Source: Mobula hypostoma
Taxonomy: Eukaryota
Assembly (NCBI RefSeq): GCF_963921235.1
Contig: NC_086097.1
Location: 1,798,001 to 1,862,000 of the forward strand
DNA: 64,000 bases
Direction: 5' to 3'
The translations under genes and the position numbers were made by a program. Each line of letters starts with the position of its first letter. Within the stretch, counting starts at the first letter, position 1. Below, piece by piece: positions 25,943 through 37,405 of the stretch. The notes below the pieces were generated by a model. The model was given only the letters and a program-made list of their open reading frames with translations. It was not told the DNA's origin and searched no databases.

Positions 25943-27121
25943 AACTGAAGGAAAAGTGAGTAAGGGATTTGAAAGCTGGAGGGGGAGGGGGAGATGCAAA
26001 ATGATAGGAGAAGACAGGAGGGGGAGGGATGGAGCTGAGAGCTGGACAGGTGATAGGCAAAAGGGGATACGAGAGGATCATGGGACAGGAGGTCTGGGAA
26101 GAAAGACGGGGGGGGGGGACCCAGAGGATGGGCAAGAGGTATATTCAGAGGGACAGAGGGAGAAAAAGGAGAGTGAGAGAAATAATGTGTGCATAAAAAT
26201 GAGTAACAGATGGGGTACGAGGGGGAGGTGGGGCCTAGCGGAAGTTAGAGAAGTCAATGTTCATGCCATCAGGTTGGAGGCTACCCAGACGGAATATAAG
26301 GTGTTGTTCCTCCAACCTGAGTGTGGCTTTATCTTTACAGTAGAGGAGGCCGTGGATAGACATGTCAGAATGGGAATGGGATGTGGAATTAAAATGTGTG
26401 GCCACTGGGAGATCCTGCTTTCTCTGGCGGACAGAGCGTAGATGTTCAGCAAAGCGGTCTCCCAGTCTGCGTCGGGTCTCACCAATATATAAAAGGCCAC
26501 ATCGGGAGCACCGGACGCAGTATATCACCCCAGTCGACTCACAGGTGAAGTGATGCCTCACCTGGAAGGACTGTTTGGGGCCCTGAATGGTGGTAAGGGA
26601 GGAAGTGTAAGGGCATGTGTAGCACTTGTTCCGCTTACACGGATAAGTGCCAGGAGGGAGATCAGTGGGGAGGGATGGGGGGGACGAATGGACAAGGGAG
26701 TTGTGTAGGGAGCGATCCCTGCGGAATGCAGAGTCTTCCTCAGATCCCACCGTCAACTCCTGGGCCCTCAGAGGCTCCATCTTCCTCTCACCCCAACCCT
26801 CCCCTCTCCACTGACACCCCCAGCCTCCCCCCTCCCCCCTCTGATCCCAGCTCTCATCCGTGCCGGGTCTTTACCATCCCCTCCGACCTTCAACTGTCGG
26901 AGGCAGAACGCTCTGTCCTCAGTAAGGGCCTCACGTTTGTCCCCCTTCGCCCACACCTCAGCGAGTCCCGTGTTCGCCACGATGCGGAACTTTTCTTCCG
27001 CCGTCTCCATCTCTGAGCCTACTTCTTCGGCAAGGACTCTTCCACCCCCACCGATGACCCCTTCTCTCGTCTTCAACCCTCCTCTTCTTCATGGACACCC
27101 CGCTCTGGTCTTCTGCCTGCT

Positions 27122-29056
27122 GTGGATCTCTTTATTGCCAACTGCCGACGGGACATCAACCGTCTCGACTTCACCGCACCTTGTCCCCATTCCAACCTCA
27201 CTCCTTCGGAACGCTCTGCTCTCCACTCCCTCCGCACTAATCCTAACATTATTATTAAACCCGCTGATAAAGGGGGTGCTGTTGTAGTCTGGCGTACTGA
27301 CCTCTACCTTGCCGAGGCACAGCGACAACTCGCGGATACCTCCTCTTATTTACCCCTCGATCGTGACCCCACTAAGGAGCACCAGGCCATTGTCTCCCAC
27401 ACTATCAACGACTTTATCCGCTCAGGGGATCTCCCATCCACTGCTACCAACCTTATAGTTCCCACACCCCGCACTTCCCGTTTCTACCTCCTACCCAAGA
27501 TCCACAAACCTGCCTGTCCTGGCCGACCTATTGTCTCAGCTTGCTCCTGCCCCACCGAACTCGTTTCTGCATACCTCGACACTGTTTTATCACCCCTTGT
27601 TCAATCCCTTCCAACCTATGTTCGTGACACTTCTCAGGCTCTTAAACTTTTCGATGATTTTAAGTTCCCTGGCCCCCACCGCTTTATTTTCACCATGGAT
27701 GTCCAGTCCTTATATACTTCCATCCCCCATCAGGAAGGTCTCAAAGCTCTACGCTTCTTTTTGGATTCCAGACCTAATCAGTTCCCCTCTACCACCACTC
27801 TGCTCCGTCTAGCGGAATTAGTCCTTACTCTTAATAATTTCTCCTTTTGCTCCTCCCATTTCCTCCAAACTAAAGGTGTAGCTATGGGCACCCGTATGGG
27901 TCCTAGCTATGCCTGCCTTTTTGTTGGGTTTGTGGAACAATCTATGTTCCGTGCCTATTCTGGTATCCGTCCCCCACTTTTCCTTCGCTACATCGACGAC
28001 TGCATTGGCGCTGCTTCCTGCACGCATGCAGAACTCGTTGACTTTATTAACTTTGCCTCCAACTTTCACCCTGCCCTCAAGTTTACCTGGTCCATTTCCG
28101 ACACCTCCCTCCCCTTTCTAGATCTTTCTGTCTCTGTCTCTGGAGACAGCTTATCCACTGATGTCTACTATAAGCCTACTGACTCTCACAGCTATCTGGA
28201 CTATTCCTCTTCTCACCCTGTCTCTTGCAAAAACGCCATCCCCTTCTCGCAATTCCTCCGTCTCCGCCGCATCTGCTCTCAGGATGAGGCTTTTCATTCT
28301 AGGACGAGGGAGATGTCTTCGTTTTTTAAAGAAAGGGGCTTCCCTTCCTCCACTATCAACTCTGCTCTTAAACGCATCTCCCCCATTTCATGTACATCTG
28401 CTCTCACTCCATCCTCCCACCACCCCACTAGGAATAGGGTTCCCCTGGTCCTCACCTACCACCCCACCAGCCTCCGGGTCCAACATATTATTCTCCGTAA
28501 CTTCCGCCACCTCCAACGGGATCCCACCACTAAGCACATCTTTCCCTTCCGCCCTCTGTCTGTATTCTGCAGGGATCGCTCCCTACACAACTCCCTTGTC
28601 CATTCGTCCCCCCCATCCCTCCCCACTGATCTCCCTCCTGGCACTTATTCGTGTAAGCGGAACAAGTGCTACACATGCCCTTACACTTCCTCCCTTACCA
28701 CCATTCAGGGCCCCAAACAGTCCTTCCAGGTGAGGCATCACTTCACCTGTGAGTCGACTGGGGTGATATACTGCGTCCGGTGCTCCCGATGTGGCCTTTT
28801 ATATATTGGTGAGACCCGACGCAGACTGGGAGACCGCTTTGCTGAACATCTACGCTCTGTCCGCCAGAGAAAGCAGGATCTCCCAGTGGCCACACATTTT
28901 AATTCCACATCCCATTCCCATTCTGACATGTCTATCCACGGCCTCCTCTACTGTAAAGATGAAGCCACACTCAGGTTGGAGGAACAACACCTTATATTCC
29001 GTCTGGGTAGCCTCCAACCTGATGGCATGAACATTGACTTCTCTAACTTCCGCTAA
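27122..29056 (+). CDS. Penelope-like RT + GIY-YIG endonuclease (open part of a 5'-truncated ORF)
   Basis: IKPADKGG, LLPKIHK, MDVQSLYT, GVAMGTRMGPSYA, RYIDD, linker CKRNKCYTC, VIYCVRCSRCGLLYIGET..RFAEH; the frame extends back to ~26734 across one TGA at 27014-27016. Confidence 0.9.
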   Translation: MDLFIANCRRDINRLDFTAPCPHSNLTPSERSALHSLRTNPNIIIKPADKGGAVVVWRTDLYLAEAQRQLADTSSYLPLDRDPTKEHQAIVSHTINDFIRSGDLPSTATNLIVPTPRTSRFYLLPKIHKPACPGRPIVSACSCPTELVSAYLDTVLSPLVQSLPTYVRDTSQALKLFDDFKFPGPHRFIFTMDVQSLYTSIPHQEGLKALRFFLDSRPNQFPSTTTLLRLAELVLTLNNFSFCSSHFLQTKGVAMGTRMGPSYACLFVGFVEQSMFRAYSGIRPPLFLRYIDDCIGAASCTHAELVDFINFASNFHPALKFTWSISDTSLPFLDLSVSVSGDSLSTDVYYKPTDSHSYLDYSSSHPVSCKNAIPFSQFLRLRRICSQDEAFHSRTREMSSFFKERGFPSSTINSALKRISPISCTSALTPSSHHPTRNRVPLVLTYHPTSLRVQHIILRNFRHLQRDPTTKHIFPFRPLSVFCRDRSLHNSLVHSSPPSLPTDLPPGTYSCKRNKCYTCPYTSSLTTIQGPKQSFQVRHHFTCESTGVIYCVRCSRCGLLYIGETRRRLGDRFAEHLRSVRQRKQDLPVATHFNSTSHSHSDMSIHGLLYCKDEATLRLEEQHLIFRLGSLQPDGMNIDFSNFR

Positions 29057-29350
29057 GGCCCCACCTCCCCCTCGTACCCCATCTGTTACTCATTTTTATG
29101 CACACATTCTTTCTCTCACTCTCCTTTTTCTCCCTCTGTCCCTCTGAATATACCTCTTGCCCATCCTCTGGGTCACCCCCACCCCGTCTTTCTTCCCGGA
29201 CCTCCTGTCCCATGATCCTCTCGTATCCCCTTTTGCCTATCACCTGTCCAGCTCTCGGCTCTATCCCTCCCCCTCCTGTCTTCTCCTATCATTTTGCATC
29301 TCCCCCTCCCCCTCCAGCTTTCAAATCCCTTACTCACTTTTCCTTCAGTT

Positions 29351-29386
29351 AGTCCTGACAAAGGGTCTCAGCCTGAAACGTCGACT
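29351..29386 (+). ncRNA. Hammerhead motif with mutated core (CTGACAA)
   Basis: AGTC-CTGACAA-AGGGTCTCAGCCT-GAAA-CGTC-GACT; G8 changed to A. Confidence 0.7.
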
Positions 29387-29844
29387 GTGCCTCTTCCTAT
29401 AGATGCTGCTTGGCCTGCTGCGTTCACTAGACAAACTTGGGTTGTTTTCTCTGGAGTGGCAGAGCCTGAGGGGTTTACAACATTATGAGAGGGACAAATA
29501 GATTGGACAGTGGTATCTCTTTCCTATGGTTGAAATGTCCAACCATAGGAAAGAGACCATGCATTTAAGATGAGAGGGGGTAAATCAAAGGAGACGTGAC
29601 AGGCGAGATTATGACAGAGTGGTGAGTGCCTGGAATGCGGTGCCTGGGGTTGTGTGAGAGGCAAAATCATAAGATGGAGGCATTTAAGATGCACATGAAT
29701 GTGCAGAGAATGGAAGGATATGGACATTGTGTAGGATTAGTTGATTGGGCATTTAATTACTAATGTAATATATAGTTTGGCCCAACAAGATGGGCTGAAG
29801 GGCCTGTTGCTGTACTGTACATTGTAACTCAGTCTCCCTGTCCG

Positions 29845-29905
29845 GGGCCTGGGCCTGGGCCTGGGTCTGAGCCTGGGACTGGGCCTGAGCCTGAGCCTGG
29901 GTCTG
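29845..29905. repeat. Hexamer repeat (cctggg/cctgag)n
   Basis: Directly visible. Confidence 0.85.
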
Positions 29906-30124
29906 GTACAGATTGACGGAGCTGCAGCCTGGCACAGAGACACAGTAACATCAGATTGACACTCAGCCCAGTCAGGGTGGTGAGCTAAAGAGGAAGAAAC
30001 TCTCCCCTTGTGTAACGAGGAACTAGCGTCAACCCCAGCCCCCTCTGGCCGCAAGCTCGCAAGCTGTGGGGGTTGTGCAATCAATTGGAGTGCTGTGCGT
30101 ATGGTGCTGATAAAACGTCATAAC

Positions 30125-31176
30125 AACAGCGGCGGGCAGAACGGTGAGTACGGTCACTGTACTGAACAGCGGCGGGCAGAACGGTGAGTACGGTCACTGT
30201 GAACAGGGGTAGACAGAACGGTGAGTACGGTCACTGTGAACAGGGGTAGACAGAACGGTGAGTACGGTCACTGTACTGAACAGCGGCGGGCAGAACGGTG
30301 AGTACGGTCACTGTACTGAACAGCGGCGGGCAGAACGGTGGGTACGGTCACTGTGAACAGGGGTAGACAGAACGGTGGGTACGGTCACTGTGAACAGGGG
30401 TAGACAGAACGGTGAGTACGGTCACTGTACTGAACAGCGGCGGGCAGAACGGTGAGTACAGTCACTGTACTGAACAGCGGCGGGCAGAACGGTGGGTACG
30501 GTCACTGTGAACAGGGGTAGACAGAACGGTGAGTACGGTCACTGTGAACAGGGGTAGACAGAACGATGAGTACGGTCACTGTGAACAGGGGTAGACAGAA
30601 CGGTGGGTACGGTCACTGTACTGAACAGGGGTAGACAGAACGGTGAGTACGGTCACTGTGAACAGGGGTAGACAGAACGGTGAGTACGGTCACTGTGAAC
30701 AGGGGTAGACAGAACGGTGAGTACGGTCACTGTGAACAGGGGCAGACAGAATGGTGAGTACGGTCACTGTGAACAGGGGTAGACAGAACGGTGAGTACGG
30801 TCACTGTGAACAGCGGCGGGCAGAACGGTGGGTACGGTCACTGTGAACAGGGGCAGACAGAACGGTGAGTACGGTCACTGTGAACAGGGGTAGACAGAAC
30901 GGTGGGTACGGTCACTGTACTGAACAGCGGCGGGCAGAACGGTGGGTACGGTCACTGTGAACAGGGGTAGACAGAACGGTGAGTACGGTCACTGTGAACA
31001 GGGGTAGACAGAACGGTGGGTACGGTCACTGTGAACAGGGGTAGACAGAACGGTGAGTACGGTCACTGTGAACAGGGGTAGACAGAACGGTGAGTACGGT
31101 CACTGTACTGAACAGGGGTAGACAGAACGGTGGGTACGGTCACTGTGAACAGGGGTAGACAGAACGGTGAGTACGG
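30125..31176. repeat. Minisatellite, 37/40 bp unit (gaacaggggtagacagaacggtgagtacggtcactgt), ~27 copies
   Basis: Near-perfect tandem; variants cagcggcggg/caggggtaga, gtgag/gtggg and +/- act. Confidence 0.97.
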
Positions 31177-31249
31177 GGTCAGAGTGCACAGTGTCCCGGG
31201 GGTGTGAGTGTGACCCTGGGGTCAGAGTGCACAGTGTCCCGGTGGGATG

Positions 31250-31492
31250 ATTGATTTATTGAGATCCAGCATGGAACAGGCCCTCCCTGCCTGCTCTTTG
31301 AGTCGTACTGACCAGCAACCCACCGATTTAACCCTTGCCTATCACACAGCAATCTCCAATGTCCGATTAGCATACCAACTGGTACGTCTTTGGACCATGG
31401 GAAGAAACCAGAATTTGCAGAGGAAACTGACATGGCCACGGGAAGAACACACACGGTCCTTACAGACAGCAGCTGAGTTGAACCCGGGTCGG
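31250..31492 (-). mobile_element. V-SINE (HE1-like) fragment
   Basis: Minus strand: B-box gggttcaact, V-domain-like ggtttcttcccatggtccaaagacgtacc, CR1-like tail ggcctgttccatgctg. Confidence 0.7.
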
Positions 31493-32164
31493 GAATGAGG
31501 AACAGAAACCTGAAGACACACACAATGTTTCAGGAACAACTTCTTCCCCTCCACCAGCAGACTTCCGAATGCTCCTCATCTAAGAAAAGATGTGCTGGCA
31601 TTGGAGAGGGTCCAGAAGTGTTTCACAAGGATGATTCCAGGAATGAAAGGGTTAACGTATGAGGAGGCTCTGGGCCTGTACTCACTGGAGTTTAGAAGGA
31701 TGAGGGGATGTAACTGAAAGACTTCAATTTTGAAATGCCTAGGTAGAGTAGATGTGGAAAGGATGTTTCCCATGGTGGGAGAGTCCAGGACAAGAGGGCA
31801 CAGCCTCATGAAATTTCTTTAGCTGGAGGCTGGTGAATTTGTTACTGTTGTAATGTGAGCATTATTAAAAGCAAGTTAATACCAATTAGAATAATGGGGG
31901 GTTTTACTTCTGTTCCTTTTACTTCCTGTGTGCTTTGTATATTGTGTTCCTGCCATGCTGTACGGGTTGTGAAAGCCTCTGTATATACATAACGGTTTTG
32001 ACGTTCAAGATAAAGTTGTTCCTTTGGGCATGAAGTTGCCGAGTTTGCCTTTTTCAAAGTAGAAGTTACCACATACTTTTGGCGACAAGGTGAACTGGTT
32101 TTGTGGACATGTCGGCACGTTTCGAACAGGAGCAGCAGCGTCGATAAGGGGCCTCATGTTCAGA

Positions 32165-35100
32165 TGGCTACGTTTGAGACTATTGTTGAGTTTGTGGAAG
32201 TAACGGAGGACTGGCCGGAGAATGAGGAAAGGTTGGGACACTTTTTCTGTGCTAATGGAATTACTGAGGAGGCTAAGAAGCGCTCTATTCTCCTGAGTGC
32301 GTGTGGGGCGAAGACTTACAAGCTAACTTCAGGAATTTAGCTGCGCCGCGGAAACCGGGGGACAGTCCATTTGATGAACTGGTCAAGCTCTTGCGGAACC
32401 ACTACAATCCGAACCCTTCTGTGACAGTCCAGCGGTGTAAGTTCCACAGCCGTTTCAGGAAGCCAGGTCAGTCTGTGGCCAATTTTGTGGCCGAGCTTTC
32501 GGAGCAGTGTTGGATGACATGCTCCGTGTTAGATTGGTATGCCGCATTAATAATGACGGCATACAACGCCGCCTGTTAGGGAAAACCCCATCGTTGACTT
32601 TCAAGAAAGCCTTGGAGATTGCCCAAGGCATGGCGATGGCTGCTAATATTGTCCAGGATATCCAGAAAGGCCATGGGGGTCGCAGTCGGCGGCAGTGCAC
32701 CGCGTCAGGAGGGAGACTGGTAAACAGGCAAAGCGGGTGGGATGTTTCCAGTGTGGAGGGACGCACGATGCAAATGATTGCAAATTCAAAGACACTGTCT
32801 GCCATGCTTGTAGCGAAAAGGGACATTAGCTAAAAAGTGCAGAAGTTCAAAGGGTAAGTTTAAGCCTGGGCATGGGAAAGGTCAACAGGCTCAGGCAGCC
32901 ACACACCATCTAGAAGAGGCAGCGTGTGCCTACAACATGTTTGCAGTGGGAACAGATGAGGAACCACCTGAACCATATTATGCCACAGTCACTGTCAGGG
33001 GAAAGGACATTAAGTTTCAGATTGATTCAGGGGCTACTGCATCGGTCATTAGTGAGACCTACAGGAGGACCTGGGGGTCCAACCTGCCTCCCATCAGACC
33101 GTCAGGGCTCAAACTTCGGACCTATATGGGGCAGCCCATACCTCATTTAGGGGTGTTATATGTGGACATTTCAGCCGGGGCTCAGAAGGCTGAAGCCAGG
33201 CTAGTGATAACTAAGGGCAGGGGGCCCAGTCTTTTGGGTCGCAATTGGCTTCGCAAAATCCGGCTAAACTGGCATGAAATTAAGTACGCGCACATGACGG
33301 AGGACTTTCTGCAGTGGTACAGTGACGTTTTCAGGGATGAGCTGGGCACACTGAAGGGTGTGACAGTGAAACTCCACGTCAATCTTGAGGCCACACCACG
33401 TTTTTTAAAGCCCAGGTCGGTGCCCTATGCCATGAAAGGAGCTGGAACGTTTACAGAGGCTGGGCATTATTGAGCCCGTCCAGTTTTCAAGGTGGGTGGC
33501 TCCCATTGTTCCAGTTTTGAAGGCAGACAAAACGGTGAGGATATGTGGGGATTATAAGCTTACGGGGAATCAGGTCTCTAGGCTGGAGGAGTACCCATTG
33601 CCACGGGTGGATGACCTGTTTGCGACCCTGCCAGGGGGTAAGCTGTTCACAAAGCTGGACATGAGTCACGCCTACCAACAGCTGCTGCTCGACCAGGATT
33701 CAAAGGAGTGCGTCACCATTAATATGCACAAGGGATTATTCAAGTACAATCACCTGAGTGGCGTCCAGCCCTGCCATTTTCCAAAGGACAATGGACACTT
33801 TGCTGCAGGGGATTCTGCACGTAGCACTGTACCTTGATGATATTTTGATCACGGGGGGCTACGGAGGTGGAGCATCTGGTTAATTTAGAACGGGTGCTGA
33901 AGAGGCACGGTGTGGGCTCCTGGCCAAGTGGTTAAGGCGTTCGTCTAGTGATCTCAAGGTCGCTAGTTGGAGCCTGAGCTGTGGCAGCGTGTTTGTGTCC
34001 TTGAGCAAGGCACATTGCTCTAGTGTCTGTGCGAGGAGTGGTGCCCCACACAGACCTCCAATCTGAACCTTGTAAGGCACGAAAATGCCCGACACAGGCC
34101 TCTCATCGTCTGAGTCAACGTTCCCCGCTGAAGAGGCTCTCAGACGCAGGGCTGCGGTTGAAATGCAGAAAATGTGTGTTCCTGGCGTCGAGTGTGACTT
34201 ACCTGGGACACAAGATCACGGCTGAGGGGCTTTGCTCTGTGGAGGACAAAGTGAGGGCTATTAAGGAGGCCCCAAGCTCCAAGACCGTCATGGAACTCAG
34301 ATCATTTTTAGGCATGGTGAATTATTATGGCAAGTTTCTTCCTGACCTCTCAAGGGTTTTGACCCCACTGTATAAGCTGCTTCACAATGACACTATGTGG
34401 CAGTGGGGTGAAGAGCAGGAGAAAGCTTTCAAGGAAGTGAAAGAACTCCTCCACTCAGTGAAGCTGCTTGTTCACTACGACCCAGACAAGGAGATCACCC
34501 TTGCATGTGATGCCTTGCCCTATGGAGTTGGGGCAGTTCTCTCGCATGTAATGGTGGACCATTCAGAGAAGCCTATTGGTTTTGCTTCACGTACCCTGAC
34601 AGCTGCTGAGAAGGGATATTCACAGCTAGACAAAGAAGGTCTGGCCATTGCTTTTGCAGTCAAATGCTTTTATCAGTACCATTATGGACGTGTATTTACA
34701 ATTTATACGGACCATAAACTACTGATGAGCCTGTTCAGTGAGACTAGATGCATCCTACCGCTAGCCTCAGCCAGGATACAGCATTGTTAGCCTATCAGTA
34801 CACTATAGTGTACAGAGCGGGTGGGGATAATGCAAATGCTGATGCACTGAGTCAACTACCTTTACCTGAGACACCTGTTACGACATATGTGCCTCCAGAG
34901 ACTGTGTTTTCATTGGAGAGGCTGTCAGAGACACCTGTAAAGGTGACCCAGATCAGGCAGTGGACAGAGAGGGACCCAGTCCTGTCCCAAGTCAAGACTT
35001 TTCTTTTACAAGGTTGGCCCAGAGTCGTGGAAGGAGAGGAACTGAGGCCTTATGCCAAACACAAGACAGAACAATCTGCAGGATGGCTGCATTTTCTGGG

Positions 35101-36049
35101 GGGCGAGGGTCATCGTGCCTCCCCCTGGCCATTCACAGATTGTGGAGGAAATTCATGAGATTCACCCAGGGGTGTCTTGAAAGAAAAGCCTTGCAAGATC
35201 CTATGTTTGGTGACCAAGAGTGGATCAGGATCTGGAGAACAAGGTAAAATCATGCACACAATGTCAGACTAATCAGAATATGCCACCACCAGCTCCTTTG
35301 CACCATGGGAGTGGCCAGACCACCCCTGGTCGAGGCTACATTTGGACTTTGCTGGCCCTTTTATGGGGCAAATGTTCCTTGTAATGGTAGATGCGCATTC
35401 TAAATGGATCGAAGCTCACATCATGAGCAACATCACAGCCTCCCCAACCATAGACAAACTCAGGCAAGTGTTTGCAGTCCACGGGTTGCCTGACACACTG
35501 GTCACTGATAATGGCCCGACGTTCACCAGTGAGCTGTTCAGTGAGTTCATGCAGCAGAATGGCATTTGTCACAGTAGGACGGCTCCTTTCCACCCAGCCT
35601 CCAATGGTTTGGCTGAGCGGGCTGTTCAGACAGTGAAGGAAGGCCTGAAGCGGATGACAGGGGACTCTCTTAGCATTTGGCTTTCACGTTTCCTGTTTAA
35701 ATACCACCTCATGCCACAGACTACAACTGCCCGCACTCCGGCAGAGATGCTGATGGGGCATAGGCCCAAGTCACAATTGGACCTGCTGCGTGCAGACATG
35801 AAGGCAAAAGTGGGACAGACTACTGCGGAAGCATGTCCACCAGTGACTTTGCCAGAGGGAGAGACGCTGGCAGAGGGGTCGGGGTCCCCTGAGGAGGATG
35901 GACATTCTCAGACACACACACAGACCCCTCACATGCCCCCAAAACCAGCTCCACCCAAAACACCCTCACCAGCGGTGCCTGCTGGGTCACCGGGGGTAGT
36001 GCGCAGATCACAGTGCACTCGTAAACCTCCTGACAGACTGAACCTTTGA
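32165..36049 (+). pseudogene. Gypsy gag-pol (Gag/CCHC-PR-RT-RNaseH-IN), frameshifted
   Basis: FQIDSGAT, RICGDYK, YLDD (~33830), LACDALPYGVGAVL, DFAGP, TDNGPTF, SNGLAERAV. Confidence 0.92.
33907..34126 (+). mobile_element. tRNA-derived SINE inserted in the Gypsy RT, 11-bp TSD
   Basis: A-box tggccaagtgg, B-box-like agttggagcc, body tgtgtccttgagcaaggcac; TSD gctgaagaggc at 33896-33906 and 34127-34137. Confidence 0.9.
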
Positions 36050-36513
36050 CAGGACAGTTCTTTTTTGTTGTTGTTAGATTGAATGTTGAATCTGTCATGT
36101 TTTCCAGATGTTTTGTATTGATAAACTGTTGCTGAGATACTAGTGTAAGTTTTCAGGAAGTTAATAACACCACTGTTTTTATTTCCTAGTCTTTTACATT
36201 TGAGGAATGTTGGATTTTAAAGGGGGAGAAGAGTTGTAATGTGAGCATTATTAAAAGTAAGTTAATACTAATTAGGATAATGGGGGGTTTTACTTACTTC
36301 CAGTGTGCTTTGTATATAGTGTTCCTGCCATGCCGTACGGGTTGTGAAAGCCTCTGTATATACATAGTGGTTTTGACGGTCGAGATAAAGTTGTGTCTTT
36401 GGGCATGAAGTTGTCAAGTGTGCCTTTTTCAAAGTAGAAGTTACCACAGTTACCGCAGGCAGCTGTTGGGTGTATTTAAGGCGGAACTTGATAGGTTCTC
36501 AATTGGACACGGC

Positions 36514-37000
36514 AAAAAAGCTACACAGGAATGGCTCAACTGCAACAAAGTTAATGTCCTGGAGTGGCCAAGTCAGAGTCCAGACCTTAATCCAATTGAG
36601 AATTTGTGGCTGGACCTGGAAAGGGCTGTTCACTGACGATCCCCATGTAATCTGACAGAGCTTGAGAAGTTTGGTAAAGAAAAACGGGGAAAAATTGCAG
36701 TGTCCAGATGTCTAAAGCTGATAGAGACCTATCCACACAGACTCAAGGCTGTAATTGCTGACAAAGGTGCATCTACTAAATACTGACGTGAAGGGAATGA
36801 ATACTTATGCAATCGATTATTTTGTATTTCACATTTGTAATTAATTTAGATCTCTTTGTAGAGATCTGTTTTCACTTTGCCGTGAGTCTTTTTCTGTTGA
36901 TCAGTGTCAAAGAAGCCAAATTAAATCCACTGTGCTTCGATGTTTTACAACAATAAAACATGACAACTTCCAAGGGGCTGAACACTTTTTATAGACTCTG
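36514..37000 (+). mobile_element. Tc1-family transposon 3' fragment (transposase end + right ITR)
   Basis: [18 protein letters not shown]; inner and outer DR-like aagggaatgaatactt / aaggggctgaacactt, ending ctg. Confidence 0.88.
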
Positions 37001-37154
37001 CATGCCAGTGATATGAATGCTGACTTTGAGTCTGATTCCATGGTGGAGGTGTGTCTCTGGGTGTGGACTGGCTGTGTTTCCGTAAACTGCCACGGACTGT
37101 TGTCTGAAGCTATCTGCACTCCGTGTGTTTTACAATACATGTCCGTGTTTGCAG

Positions 37155-37223
37155 AGGATGAGGGGAGGGGCCGTTCCAAGGGATGGTCTGAGTACGTTCC
37201 AGACACGTCCTGTAGGCCATGAC
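37155..37223 (+). other. Candidate 69-bp spliced exon
   Basis: Acceptor tgtccgtgtttgcag| and donor |gtgagt in non-repeat sequence; no recognisable product. Confidence 0.35.
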
Positions 37224-37264
37224 GTGAGTGTCTGAGCATTCCGGTTTCCTGCAAACAATGTTCT

Positions 37265-37317
37265 CTCGTTCTCGTTCTCTCTCATTCACTGTCTGTCTGT
37301 GTCTGTCTGTCTCTCTG

Positions 37318-37351
<34 letters not shown>

Positions 37352-37405
37352 ACTCACTCACTCACTCACTCACACTCACTCACTCACTCACTCACACACA
37401 CACAC
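37265..37405. repeat. Compound microsatellite (TC)n(TCAC)n(CA)n
   Basis: Directly visible. Confidence 0.95.

Larger units (their letters stand above)
25807..29426 (+). mobile_element. Penelope-like retroelement (Neptune-type) with inverted 3' arm, 14-bp TSD
   Basis: TSD ctagacaaacttgg at 25793-25806 and 29427-29440; 25866-26733 is the reverse complement of ~28558-29427; interrupts a CR1 RT (ERLDKLG|LFSLE). Confidence 0.95.
31846..36448 (+). mobile_element. Full-length Ty3/Gypsy LTR retrotransposon, decayed
   Basis: LTRs 31846-32073 and 36232-36448; TSD gttac at 31841-31845 and 36449-36453; PBS-like tggcgacaagg at 32080; PPT aaagggggagaa just before the 3' LTR; inserted in a CR1 3' end. Confidence 0.96.

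Noticed and set aside
25803..26441. 212-aa + strand ORF and similar antisense ORFs across the window
   Set aside because: Shadow frames of Penelope and LINE sequence with no independent coding signal
27122..29056. Telomerase, or a bacterial retron/group II intron RT
   Set aside because: The C-terminal GIY-YIG, pLTR hammerhead, TSD and multiple copies identify a Penelope-like element
29737..30084. QA- or RP-repeat proteins on the minus strand
   Set aside because: Translations of a hexamer repeat running into a CR1 tail
30125..31176. CRISPR-like array (also 13064-13610 and 37790-38243)
   Set aside because: Units are contiguous with no unique spacers, there are no cas genes, and the context is eukaryotic; these are minisatellites
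33912..33980. tRNA gene
   Set aside because: No convincing cloverleaf or T-run terminator; it is a SINE head with a TSD
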